A DNA stretch of 64,000 bases from Dimorphilus gyrociliatus. Its lineage: Eukaryota; Animalia; Annelida. Both the position numbers and the translations under genes were made by a program. The notes beneath the pieces were generated by a model. That model was not told the origin of the DNA. It worked only from the letters and a program-made list of their open reading frames with translations, and made no database searches. This document shows, one piece after another, positions 27,301 to 40,092 of this stretch; within the stretch, counting starts at the first letter, position 1; every line of letters starts with the position of its first letter. The DNA lies in the NCBI GenBank assembly GCA_904063045.1, contig CAJFCJ010000044.1, forward strand, positions 130,813 to 194,812, written 5' to 3'.

Positions 27301-27589
27301 AGTCTTTTCAGGGTTAGGGTTAGGGTACAATTTTAAAAATCCAATTTCCAGCTTTTCTGACTTGTAATAACTTACAGATAATTTCAACATTTTTAATTGT
27401 TTTTGATTGTTGAAAAAGTTTGCCATTTGTTCATTGAGCTCTCCATTTTCAAACGGAAGATTCTCAAAAGATATTTCAAATAAGAATATGGTAGAAAACG
27501 GCCAGAAACATTTTTATATAGAAAATAATAGAAAAAATATGTTATAAATAATTCAAATGTTAATTGTTGTTTTATTAAATTTTTAACAT

Positions 27590-27990
27590 ATATTGAATAG
27601 GGTTATTCTGCTGAATATAGAAATCATACTGGACAATGGGCTGAAATGAAAAAGATATTGACTTTATCATTCTTACTTGCTGATATAATTCCAAATGAAT
27701 TTCATAAAATAGAACAACATTTAAAAGCAATTCAGAAATTGGAGGACCAAATTATGTATATTGAGAATACTTGGATTGAGAATAGTCTGCATATGAATCT
27801 CCTATCAGGACAAATAATGATGTTAATTCTGAAGGATTTCACAATAGGTTGAATTTAAATGTGGGCAATTCAAAACCGTTTTACAATTTGGTGGATGAAT
27901 TAAAAAGAGAGGCTGATCTCATTCCAATTTATCAACAAATGCTTTCTGAAAAGAAATTGATGTTGAAATGTTTTTGAACAAATCAATTAG
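27590..27990 (+). mobile_element. Degenerate MULE transposase last-exon fragment
   Basis: GYSAEY...MKKILTL...YIENTW, followed by a frameshifted NxxEGFH...LVDELKRE. Confidence 0.7.
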
Positions 27991-28124
27991 AATGGAAGAA
28001 TTAAATGATGAATTAATAATCCATTTTTTTAGACTGCTTTGCAATGTAATAAATTTTACAAAACATGAAATATGAAGAGAAAGTGTTAAAGTACAATTCA
28101 CCATTGTTAATTCTTCGATATTGT

Positions 28125-28330
28125 AAAACTTTGGTTATATTTTACATGCTTGAACTCTATTATTTGATGGAACTTATACATGTACATCTTAAAACCTATG
28201 CAAGAAAATGCTATAACATTGGCCAAACATAAGTCTGATTAGTCAGCTTGAAGGCTCATCTTTAATTACCAATAAAGGTTTGGCCAAGTTATAATTTAAT
28301 TTACTTGCCTAGGGTGTGGCCAAGTTATCT
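28125..28330 (+). repeat. Partial copy of the 19760 LTR
   Basis: Near-identical to 19760-19965. Confidence 0.85.
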
Positions 28331-30388
28331 GTAGTAGAATTGAGCCATTGCCTTGAAAAAGTCCATGTTGGAAATTTTTCAACACAACTTGCCAGACTTT
28401 CTCAATTGTTTGTCAAAAAAAAATTTTCGCATTTTGCCAACTCATACTGGATCTATTTATGAAACTTTTACTAAAATTTTTATTATAAACAATTAGAAAA
28501 AAAATGACAAACTTTACATTTGCTATATTATTAATAATTGATTAGTAATTCTTTTGTTCAAAAACAATTCTACATTCTCTTTACAGTGTCCATAAATATT
28601 TTAAAATCAATGATTTTTTTTTTTAAATTATCTTTTAATCCATCTATTTATCTATCTAACCCTGCCCTATATTAGAGAATAAAACTAAAAAATCTGCTTT
28701 TAGGCCTATGAATAATATTAATTACCAATGTTATAAAAAAACACTAATAAAATCATTGTCTTTTGTGTAATGGTTATAAGAGTTAGGCTTTTTATGGCTA
28801 TAGACAGATTTGTTGCTAATAAACATTTTCAAGAATTTCTAGAGATAAAATGGCTGCCGGTGGATATCATATAAATGAAGATGATGTTACTTGCGCTATC
28901 TGCTTAGATCCTTGGGTAGAAAAAGATCCAAGAATACTACTGTGCGGTCATACATTTTGTTTTGAATGTTTGGAACTTTTAAACATTACAAATTCAAAAA
29001 TTATTTGTCCTCATTGTAAGAGAGAATGACAATTGCCATGGCCAAGTAGAACAACTTCGAAAGAACTTTTTTCAATTTTGTTTCAAAAAAATATCATATG
29101 AAAATCTATGTAAAATTCATGGAAAAGAGATATCACTGTATTGTAAAACACATTCTACAGAGAATCTTTGTTCTAATTGTTTTGAAACAAATCATTCAGA
29201 TTGTAAAATAACAACAATGGCAACTTATAAAAGGAAATGGATTTGATAGAATCCTTCTTAAAGAAAGATAATGACAATGGAAAATTGGAGATAAGAAAAA
29301 TTAATGAAATTGAAAATGATTGTCTTTTAAAAATGAGGCAAGATTTTCAAAAATTAAAATTAGAATTTAATGAAATTTTAATGGATAGAAAGAAGAAAAT
29401 GACGAATTTTCTTATTAATAAAATAAATGAAGAAAATGAATTTTGTCATGTTAATGAATTTTTGAAAATGGTACTAACGTTTAAATTAATGAATGAAAAA
29501 AATTTTAATTACGTCATTGAGAATAGATGTTGCCAAATTTCAACAAAAATTCTCCAACAACATTTAAATTTTCAAGGAAAATTGAAAGAGAATAGAGATT
29601 TTATTGATTGTATTGAAGTGATTAAACAAAATTCTAATATTCGAACAATCAATTTGTCAGATAATTGCATTGTTGGTAGAAATATTCAAACTATTACTAA
29701 TCAACTTTTACCATCAAAAGATGATCTTTTAAAAATTGATGTCGGCAATTGTAAATTTGATGATGAACAAGCTAAAAATTTTGGACATTTTTTGGAAAAT
29801 TGCTATCAAATAACACATATAGACTTATCTGGTAATGACAATATGAAAGATGGATTTTCATACATTTGCAACGGACTTAAACAATCGAGTAACTGTTTAG
29901 AAAATATTCTAGTTAGTGATGGTAATTTCAATGAAGAACAAGGGATAAATTTGGGAAATTTATTGGTCACCTGTTCTAAAATTAGGCTTATATATTTTAA
30001 TGGTAATCCATATATGAAAATTGGATTTTCAAATATTTATCAAAGTCTTTTGAAATCGAAAAAAACAATCTGGAAAAAATAAATGCAAGCAACTGTAGAT
30101 TTATTGGTGAAAAGAGTGAATTTTTTTAACTAAGTTATAATTGTAACATGGGTGAAGAATTTTCAGAAATTTGTGATGGTCTTTTCAATTCAAGGCAAAA
30201 TTTGGAGATGATTGATTTATCATATTGTGATTTAAATGAACAGCAAAGTGAAAATTTGAGTAATGTATTAAATTATTCATTTTGCCTTAAGGAGATTTAT
30301 TTAAAAGGTAATTCAAGTATGAAAAATGGATTTTCAAATGTTTGTAATGGTCTGTTACAATCCAAGAATACTCTATGGAAAATTAATA

Positions 30389-32030
30389 CAGTACCAGCGG
30401 TAAGTCACTGTTACACCTCAAAAAAATAATATTTTCTTGATTTTTTCTCTTTCCGTACTTAGAGAATGAAAATGAAGGATATTATTATATTTAGTAATAT
30501 TCTTCTTATCATTATAGAGAGAAAATATACATTTTTCATTTCAAATCTCTGAATTATTGATATTTTAATGTGGTAGGCCTATTTTCTATGGGAGCATAAG
30601 TACTTGTTACAATCACAAAAATTACTCTAAAAGAATATTAAAAGTATTTTTTTGTTCTTATTTTGACTGTTATTTACAGGATATTATATTTTTTAATGCC
30701 TTAATATTTTGTGTGCGTACCCTTAGCTTGTACAACTGCCCTAAGCCTTCTTTCCATTGTCTCATATAAGAATTGAATTTCCAATTCTGAAATTTTATAA
30801 AATTCCTCTCTGAACATCTCCCACAGCTCATCCTTGTTTCTTGGCTTATGTGCCATTAAACGTTTTTTGCATATGCCCCATATTTGCTCAATTATGTTCA
30901 GGTCTGGGCTGTTTGCTGGCCATGGATCCAGTGTTTCTACTCCCTTTCTCTCAAGGTACACTTTTGTTCTGGCTGCTGTATGACAGCTAGCCCCATCCTG
31001 CTGGAAAATTTCCCCTCTCCTATAATTTGGGACAACATGACTGCTCAAAATTTTGACATAATCCAAAGCTGTCATGCGATTAGACACTAAAGCTAGGCCC
31101 CTATCTCCATTGAACTTAATGTAGCCAAACACCATTATATTCCCTCCCCCAAATTTTTCTGTTTTTGTGGTATATTTGGGGTCATTCTGTTTACCTGGTG
31201 GCCTCCTAACAAACTCCCTTCTCCTAGGATACAGCTCAACCTTTGATTCATCAGAAAAAATTACTTTTTTCCAATTTTCAATCCCCCAGTTTTCTCTCTC
31301 TCTGCAGAACTCTTTCCTACTTATTATCTGCCTCTTAGATAAAGCAGGTTTTTTGGCTGCAATTCTCCCATTTAAGTTATTTTTTTGTAGTACCTGCTTC
31401 ACTGTTGTTAGAGAAAGAGATATTGGTATACCAGAATTATATAATACCTGATGGGCTGTCCACTTGGGGTTTGATTTAGATGCCCTGGTAATTTACCTTT
31501 CCATCTTTGGTGTCACTTTTTTTGGTCTACCACTTCTTTGCTTATCTTTTATCATTTTTAGCTCTTTAAATTTATTTTTTATATTTTGTACAGTAGTTGG
31601 ACTACATTTAAAAAGCTTTGCCACTTTTCGAATGGACATTTCTGGTCTTTGAAGACAATTTAAGATAGAAATTCTTGTTGCTTCAGATAGCTTCACCATT
31701 TTTATTTTAAATTTGTCAACTGTTAGATTACACATGCACAAACACATAAATGACCTTAAAATCTGGTTAAAAGTGACACTACTCAATGATCAGGGTAAAT
31801 TTTTTGAACATAACTGATGCTTGTGCTTTTCCATAAGTAGGCCTATCACATTAAAGTGATCGTATTTCTGAGAATTTAAATTAAAAACATATATTTTCTT
31901 TCTATAATGATAAGAAGAATATTATTAAATATAATAATATCCTTCATTTTCATTCTTTAGGCGCGGAAAGAGAAAAAATCAAGAAAATATTATTTTTTTG
32001 AGGTGTAACAGTGACTTACCGCTGGTACTG
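30389..32030 (-). mobile_element. Full-length Tc1/mariner element (1642 bp) with long TIRs
   Basis: Ends CAGTACCAGCGGTAAGTCAC on both sides; about 140 bp near-identical and about 220 bp recognisable TIR; TA TSD at 30387-30388 and 32031-32032. Confidence 0.95.
30701..31699 (-). pseudogene. Tc1-type transposase (332 codons) with one in-frame TAA at 31493-31495; DD35E spacing
   Basis: Paired-type HTH, GRPKK, FSDES, QQDGASCH, SPDLNIIE; both listed ORFs share one frame. Confidence 0.92.
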
Positions 32031-33189
32031 TATAAGCAATTGTAATTTAAATGAAGAGCAATGCCAACATTTTGGTAATTTTTTAAATAATTGCATTCAA
32101 TTAAAAGATATCAATCTCTCTTGGAATCCAACTACAAATTCATCATTTTCAATAATTTTTCAAGCACTTTTACAATCAAAAGATACTTTAGAGAAAATTA
32201 ATATTTCACACTGCCAACTGAATAATGAACAAAGTCAAGTTTTTGGACAAATTATTGAAAATTTATCACAATTGAAAGAAAGTAATTTACAAGGAAATAG
32301 AAATATGAAAAATGGATTTTTTGTTATTTGTGATGGACTTTTAAAATTAAAGGATAATCTGGTAAATGTCAATATCAATTATTGTTATTTATCTAAACAG
32401 CAAAGTGAGTATTATGAAAAAATTTTGAACAAGAGTCCTCAAATAAATGGATGTGAACTTTGGGGAAATCCAAATATGAAAAATGCAGTTTCAAGTGTTT
32501 GCTGTTTACTGTAAGCTCTTTCTCTCTCTCACTCTCTATTCATAAAAAATCTATACTTGCTCACTCTTTTATTTCTTATTATTTCCTTGAATTCTTTAAG
32601 GCAGAATTTCTACCAGTTAATTTTCTTGATAGTTATGAATATTGCTGAGGTAAACCCTGTGCTTAAATACATATACAGACATCTATTGTTTGATTTTTTT
32701 CTTTCACTAATTAATACATATATACATTTATATTTGTATAATTTATATGTTACTCTTCATTTTTCTCTATTTTTTTTCCATATTCAATCTATTCAATGTG
32801 TCGTTTCTATGAGCAAATTAAAAATATTCCTTCAGGGTAGCTGTCTGTTTGGGACAACAGTTCTTCTTCCTTCTCTCTTCCAACTTAAATGCCAACAATT
32901 ATTTCATTACTTTATAACTTTACCTGAGTTAATAATGTACTGCCTCTGCATTTAGCTAAGTTATGCCACTGTACTTCCTCTAATTGAATCATTATCCTTG
33001 ACATTGACATTTCAAAGTTTCAAAATCAGTAAAAAATATACATATTACAAAAGAAAACCGGTATATTATTTTAGTTGGGACATTATCACTCAAACACATT
33101 TAATTATGTGATGGCTTTGAGTAGTTAAAAAAAATATAATTAAATATTAAAAATATGTACATTATTTTATAAAACAACAAGTAGAATCT

Positions 33190-33910
33190 AAGTCTTTTTT
33201 TTTAACATTTATTTTTATTAGTTTAGGTCTTTGGCCATTTTCAATCAGAGCCCTGGCCATTGTCACAAAATTTGAAAAAGGTAAAAAACTAGATATTTTT
33301 AAATATTTGAAACTGAAAGTAAAAAAATGTGGGAAAATTTTCTGTAAGAGGACAGCAGATGTAATCATTTCTAACTTATATTCATCCCAAACAGCAAATA
33401 CTTGATTCTGAATTACACTTTTATTCTTGTACTTCTTTAACCTTTTTTTCTGATAGAAGTTTCTCTACAGCTGCAATAAGATTTGATTCCTGTTTTAAAC
33501 TGTCTATCAGCAAAAAAAATGACCCTTTTGCAGGTGTCTTGTTCATTCATTCTTCTGTACCATCTTTCAACATCCTTGTTGGTCCTGATGACAAGACCAA
33601 ATACAGACCAACAATCTGGTGTCCAAATGCAATGATTAATCCAAGTACTTTCAACACATAGAAAAAAATCCAAAAATTCATTTCTCTCAAAACTGCCATT
33701 TAAATATGTTAAAACCTATCTTTCACTTATAGACAATACAATGAAATAGTTCATTTTTCTTTTATTGGCATTACATAATTCAGAGAAAACTGGAAAAAAG
33801 TTACAATTATATATTTTAATTAAAGCAAACAGGATAGAGAAATTTATTTTAGATTCATATTAACAATAATTATGTATAGAACATTTCTGGATGTTTTTTC
33901 CCAATCCCCT
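33190..33910 (-). mobile_element. Decayed family A MULE derivative
   Basis: Similar to 17180-17570 and 19380-19560; single TIR unit GGATGTTTTTTCCC near 33890. Confidence 0.8.
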
Positions 33911-34612
33911 TTAACCTAACCCTTTGTTCTAAATACAACAAATATACAATTGTCTTTAGTAGTCTTTAGAACAAACTTCCAGGCTAAATATCTCCAATTC
34001 GAAGCCCACGATTTTTTTTAATTTTTAATTTGTTCTTTTAGTCAGATGTCATAAGGCTATCTTCTGAAAATAAATATAATTGTGAGCTCAGGAATTCTGC
34101 TATAGGTCCAAATGCCAAAAAAAGGCAACTTTTTCAATTTACACCTCAAACATGTGCTTTAGTTTAAAATTTCAAAGTTTTGAATTCAAATTATTAGTGT
34201 TGTGCTTCAAGAAGTGGCTATTACTGATTGTGCTAATCCCTAACCTAAACTCTAACCCTGCATCCTATAAATTTTTTTTTTCTAACAATAGTATTTCGTA
34301 AACACATCAGTTAAATCAGTTGTTGTGGAAGCCTTTCAGATCATTTTTTTTTGTTCAAATAGCTCTTTTCAAAGTGATGTTTTATAACATTACCAGGAAG
34401 ATATGAAAATTATTAGTTAGGCATATATGTACAACTTAGCATAGTCAACTAAAAAGGAACCCTCCTACAACCCTAACTTTAAGGTGATAAAAAACTGGGT
34501 CTAATGTGTAAGATCCTAGGTCCAACACTTATCATTCCTGGTGTTAGGCTGTTTTGCTCAAAAGTATCTTAAAAGATTAAATTCAAAAATGTTATATTCT
34601 CAATCATGAACA

Positions 34613-37600
34613 CTAATTGTATTGTGTATCAAACAGTGTCATAAATTTACCAAAGCTATAAATATCCTTCATTTCACATTGATGATCTTTAATATATAAT
34701 TTTTCAATATGTAAATAAAAAGAATTTCCCTATAATGAATAAAAAAAATCATAAAATTGGGGAAAATTTTTTCAAATTTGAAAAAAAACAAAAAACCTGA
34801 AAGAAGATAGTATTTAATGTAATGTTGCCATTAACAGACAAATTATTTTTGTGTAAACTATTAATTGCTTTTAAAATATCAATTGAACATTTACGAAAAT
34901 GTTTATTGGATGATAATCTTTTCATTGATTTGATTTTCATAAACTTTTTGTTCAGACCTGATGATAACAAACCATTTTTTCTCTGCTGTTCAAAAAATGA
35001 TATTACTAGAAAATGTAAAAAAAAATCCATTATTTGGATAATAATTTTTTAACAAGAGAATTTTGTTATTTATATTACAGCATGTCAGAGTTTCTCGAGT
35101 TATTTTGTGTATCATATTTTCCCTTTCTGTTCTTTGTTGAACTTGACTTCTCCACAAAAATTCAAAATGTAGGATAATTATTGGATTTATTATTGCATTC
35201 AGGGGAATGATTATAATAATGATCCAACTGTAAATATCACTTTTTACATCTACATTGATAGAAAATGATATTAAACCTATCAAGAAAAATTTATTAGAGT
35301 TGAATATCGAATGTAAAATGAATGTAAATTTATTAACCAATCAGCATTATTGGTAGAAAGCTTAACAAATTCAAAAGAATTAGGAGAGTAGACTTTTTGT
35401 TTAATTCATAATTCAGAGAATCTTGATTTATAGATGTTTTCTCTTCTTTTCCAATGGCACGACTCCAAAAGTATAAAAGTAGTCTTGTTAAACTGAATAG
35501 TATTTCAAGTAGTACAAAAAATGAAATTGAAAATTTCCAAACAAAATCATGTTCCCTTGTGAGTAGTATATTAAAACAGGTTGGTGATTGGCTAAAGGTA
35601 TTCTGAAGAGGAAGATATAAAGATATTTTTCATTAAGAAATGCCGTATCTCTATGCTAAACAATTGTCAATCATTTACACTTGAAATCTAAGCTCCTCCC
35701 TTCCACATAGATTTTACATAAAAAATTAATTAAAAGGTAAAAGATTTACCTTTGAAAATAAAATGGGCGAAAATGAAACGAAAAGAAATACAACAACCGC
35801 CAAAACGATTTTACCAATCTTGTAACTTGTCAATAAGAATCCTTTTAAGCGAATTTTGATTTTAGAACATTTTCCTATTTTTGTAAATAGATGAGTATAG
35901 GATGACATTAATATGGAAAAATTCATAAAAACTCCCAAAAATTGACAGGAAGTACCCGTTCTCCAATTTTTATCTTCTTTAAAGTAGCTTTCTTTGTAAT
36001 AGAGATCTACAAAACCTATACAACTCATAGATGAGCATATAAAAAAATCACTCAAGTTTAACAATATCAGTAGATAGCTTTTCCTGTTTCTAATTAGGAT
36101 TGTACTGAGTGAAAAAATATTTAAAAAGCATCCAAATAGGCCTATAATCCAATAGATTATCCTCTTAAAAGTTGATTTTAATAAACTTGAACAGTAATTA
36201 ATTGTTATTGTTTTAGTTTTGCATTTAATTTTTCTATGAAATTGTCTGTGCAGAAAACAACAAAATGTCTTCATTTTAGTTTCAACATATAGAATTTTAA
36301 CTAAATTTGTTGTCATGTATAGTTGAAATTCTATTGGAATTTCAGTATTGTAAGCATATAAATAATGCAAATTTCTTAAATTGTTAAATGAATTTTTCTC
36401 CATTATTTTAAAATTTAAATTTGTTATATTTAAAATATTTAAATTTGGATTTGTTTTAAAATCATTTTCAAAGATTTTCTCTATTTTTGTTTTTGAAATA
36501 TCTAAAATTTCTAAATATTTACAATTTAAATTCTTTAAAAATGATAGAGAAATTAATGGGTTTTTTGAGATTCTTAAATCTCTGAGTAGTGTCAGTTTTC
36601 TTTTTAAAATGAAAAACTTTCCAGTAATACCATTGTTTGAAAGGTGTAGAAATATTAAATTTGGAAAATACCAGTTTTTATTATCATTCTTAAAATATTC
36701 CTCATTATTTTCAATTTGTAAATAATTTAAAGATGTAGAATTTATTAAACTAAATTTTTTATCATAAATTTGGCCGAAAATTTGAATTTTTTTAAATTTC
36801 GATAAATTTTCAATATTTTCATTTGTTGATTTTTCTCTATTTTTATCATCAGCGTGTTGATAATGAAAATTACAAAGTAGGCTGAGTAGATTCATCTGTT
36901 GACAGACACCATAATCAACGGATATTGGATGTTTGCAATAGAGTTCATCACTTCCATCCAAACAATGTAATTTTCTATCGCAAACTTGATCTTTGTATAG
37001 AAATGTTGATTCGTTGTGGCATTTAAAAAATCCAGGCAATTCAAATGTTTCTATTAAACGAAGAGTGAAATTATTCTGGTTGTTTAGGTCAAAAATTTGT
37101 ATATAATCCAACCACAGTTTACTTCATCGTCTCCTTGGAAACATTGATTAATACCATCACATATTAGATTTATGGAAATGCAATAACCTTCGCGATGACA
37201 TAGATATTGACCTTTTGGGCAATTTTGTAAATTACAAAATTGGTCCGTTTGAAATAATCCAGTTTTAGGAAAGCCCATAGTTGTTGTTGTATAAAAACAC
37301 TTATTATCGTCCATTTGACTGCTACAACTTGACCTTGTTGAACTATCAAAATCTTCCTCATTTTCACTAAAACAATCTCGTTTGTTGTCTAATTGATAGA
37401 AGCAAGGTAGACAGTGAATTTCGCATCTTATTTGGTGAATAGGATTACAACCTTTTAGAAAGAGAAACAAAAATTAAGCCTACAATCATAAACCCTAAAC
37501 AATTCAGCCAATAGCCATTGAAAGAGGATTTTTACACTGGTTATTGGTTGATTCTTAATCATACCCGTTTGATATATGTCAATCATCGATGATGATCTAT

Positions 37601-38191
37601 CAAAGCAAATTTCATCTTCCTCATTGAAACAATTTCTTTCATTGTCGCAAACTTCTGATTTTTTAATGCATTCATTGGAAAATGTACATTTTCTATAGGA
37701 GAGTTTAATGAGAAATTCATAAGAAAGTAGCTAAAGTACTAATTACACTTCATCGTCCAAACAAACATCGAAAACTGAAAGAATATAGAATGATATACAA
37801 GTAAAAAAATAAAAGGAGAATAGATACCGCAAAATTTCTCATCGGATTGATCCTCACAATCGACTCTATGATTACAAACTAATAGAAAATTAATTGAGTA
37901 ATTTGTTGAAATACATTTGAATCTGTGAAGATTTTGATTGATGCAAAATTGTTGATTATCTTCAGATATGCAACCATCATTCATATCGCAATAAAACGCA
38001 ATATTAACAAAATATTGTTGCTTTTCGCATAAAATACTATTCTTTGGATAAGTTAAATTCATTGATGATGTTTGTATCAACTTTAAATAAGGTTCTTCAA
38101 TGGCTGCATAAATAGAAATACAATAATTCTTTTCTTTTTTAATAGAATACATAGTCCGCCATTTTTTAAGGCGATGTTGATAAACGCCCAT
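34613..38191 (-). CDS. GRL101-like LDLa-LRR GPCR with C-terminal kinase-like extension; 5' end replaced by an LTR-like repeat
   Basis: About six LDLa repeats, LRRs, hinge FCC...C, TM1-TM7 (NPII); hand-spliced GT-AG introns keep frame from 38191 to the stop at 34613. Confidence 0.8.
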
Positions 38192-38221
38192 TTTGGAGTC
38201 TTTGGGATATGGAAGGCTACC

Positions 38222-38430
38222 TACACCCTGGCTTATATACAAATAAACACTTACTGTTGTTGTCAACATGCCTGGTTATGTAACACTTCATCTTTTGCCT
38301 ATAAAAGGGATGGATTCTGGTGTTAGTTGGGTACCATCTAGCCTAGAGGCAACATCTACTCTAATACTTCTACCATATGGTAAGTATCATTTATATCATA
38401 TCTATAAACTACTATAATTCATAAGTGCAC
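38222..38430 (-). repeat. Third copy of the 4925/6670 LTR-like repeat, including the TATATAAGCC box
   Basis: Shares TTACTGTTGTTGTCAACATGCCTGGTTATGTAACA...CCTAGAGGCAACATCTAC with the other copies. Confidence 0.85.
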
Positions 38431-39023
38431 ACAATTGATTTGTAATTAAGTAGGTCCAAACTAAGGGTTAGCGACAATGAAGAGGTTGAAACAGGGTCTA
38501 GGGCTAGGTAAAACCATAAAAAATTGTGGGCGTTTACAACAACATCAACCATTTTCATCTAAATTTTATGTTTATAGTTTAAATTCAAAAAACAATATGG
38601 CGGTACTTTTAAAATTCTATTATTAGGTTAACTTTGAATTTTTTGACAAATTCTTTTAAATCCCTTAATATCATGACAAGATATTGAATTGGAGAAAAAG
38701 AGTTCAATATCTGATATCTTTTTTTTGAAAAATTATTCGAATTAGATAAGATATTTTTGGCAATTTGCCAGATTTTATTTTTATAACCAACCCATGATCC
38801 ATCTTCTTTATCTTTGTAATTATGTGTCTATTATCAAAAGAAGTCTTTGATTATTAGGCGTTAATGAATTAACTATGATTTTGTCAGCAGGACAATGACA
38901 TTGAAAAATGGCCACCTTTTATTTTGGTATGAAAATCTTAAAAGAAAGTTGATTGAATGGCCATTTTTCAACGAAACTTTAATTTACGTTGTATTCCAAA
39001 TGATAGCACTGATCCTGGAGTTT

Positions 39024-39033
39024 NNNNNNNNNN
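39024..39033. other. Assembly gap (10 N)
   Basis: Run of N; a further single N at 50145. Confidence 1.
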
Positions 39034-39420
39034 ACATATTCTTTGGATGAAATACTGGTATTTTGTTGGTTAATTTCTACCAAAATTACTTTTATTAAGG
39101 CTACTTGTGGAAGAACTTGAATGGTTCTACTAGGACCAGTACTTTGGTGAATTGGTAAATGATTGGAAAGGACCAATACAGTTGTGACGAACCAGATATT
39201 CCTACAATTTCAATACAACAAAGTACAGTCATTCATCTTTTCAATGCTCTTTGCAAGGTTGACAGAAAATATCCACAAAGGAGAAATTTGAAGGATAGAT
39301 TTTGGAATGAAAAATGACTAGGAACAAGAAGATAGTATCTGATTTATACTGAGGAGGATTTTTTCCAAGGGTTAGGGGTAATGGAAAAGGCAAGGTGAAG
39401 CGAAGGGTTGAGTTAGGGTT

Positions 39421-39660
39421 CTAAACTGGGCTGAATTGCAGTAAAATATTCTGAAGTTCTAACCAAAATGTCCTGGGTCCAAATGTTACTGCAGGTTTCT
39501 TTTGCGCAACAGCTTTCAAACAACTTTTTAGCCTTTCTTCTTTACCATGTTCTTCATTTAAATAACATTTTGATAAATCAAGATTATTTAATATCTTTGC
39601 TGATTTTTGAAATCCTTCACATATATGGAGAAATCTTCTTCCCATTTCATCATTATCTGT
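39421..39660 (-). pseudogene. Short LRR fragment of the 40093 family
   Basis: MGRRFLHICEGFQKSAKILNNLDLSKCYLNEEHGK, then unrelated sequence. Confidence 0.75.
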
Positions 39661-40092
39661 TAAATTTATTATTTCTATTTTAGAAACCCTTTAGAATGAA
39701 TTCAGTTTAAAATAATAACAATGTAATAACGAAACACTAGAGTTTGGCCAATAGAATATCTATTGAATAAAATGTGTTTCCAATAGTTCAGGTTTGTCTA
39801 TGATTGGGGATTTGAGAAATCAGGAACTTTTTGTTGACTGTATAAATATATATTATGTTAAAATAATTTTATCAAAGTTTATCAGCACAGTAGATAGTTC
39901 ATAGTAGCAGAATGCCAAATGACTAAACTAGTATCCAATATGAAACTGAAGAATGCATGTTTTGTTTCAGATTGTTTTCAGATAATCTTTTCACATGATA
40001 TTTAGTGATGATCAAACCAATTTCACATAGAACATGAAATCCTAACCACCAGTTGAGAATAAAGTTCATACAGTTGCATCACAAAAAATAGA

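Larger units (their letters stand above)
28850..32514 (+). pseudogene. Intronless RING - B-box - coiled-coil - RI-like LRR gene, disrupted by a stop, frameshifts and a Tc1 insertion
   Basis: RING CAIC...CGHTFCFEC...CPHC (28892-29017), B-box LCKIH...YCKTH...LCSNC..NH, helical segment, then LRRs (INLSDN, IDLSGN, INISHC). Confidence 0.85.

Noticed and set aside
27310-27327. (TTAGGG)n as a real telomere or telomere-addition site
   Set aside because: Two to three units only, internal, and similar runs sit in dispersed repeats.
30884-31652. Plus-strand ORFs
   Set aside because: Antisense shadows of the Tc1 transposase.
28850-32514. Calling the LRR gene an NLR
   Set aside because: No P-loop/NACHT motif between the coiled coil and the LRRs.
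36381-36725. 114-aa plus-strand ORF
   Set aside because: Antisense shadow of the LRR part of the GPCR.
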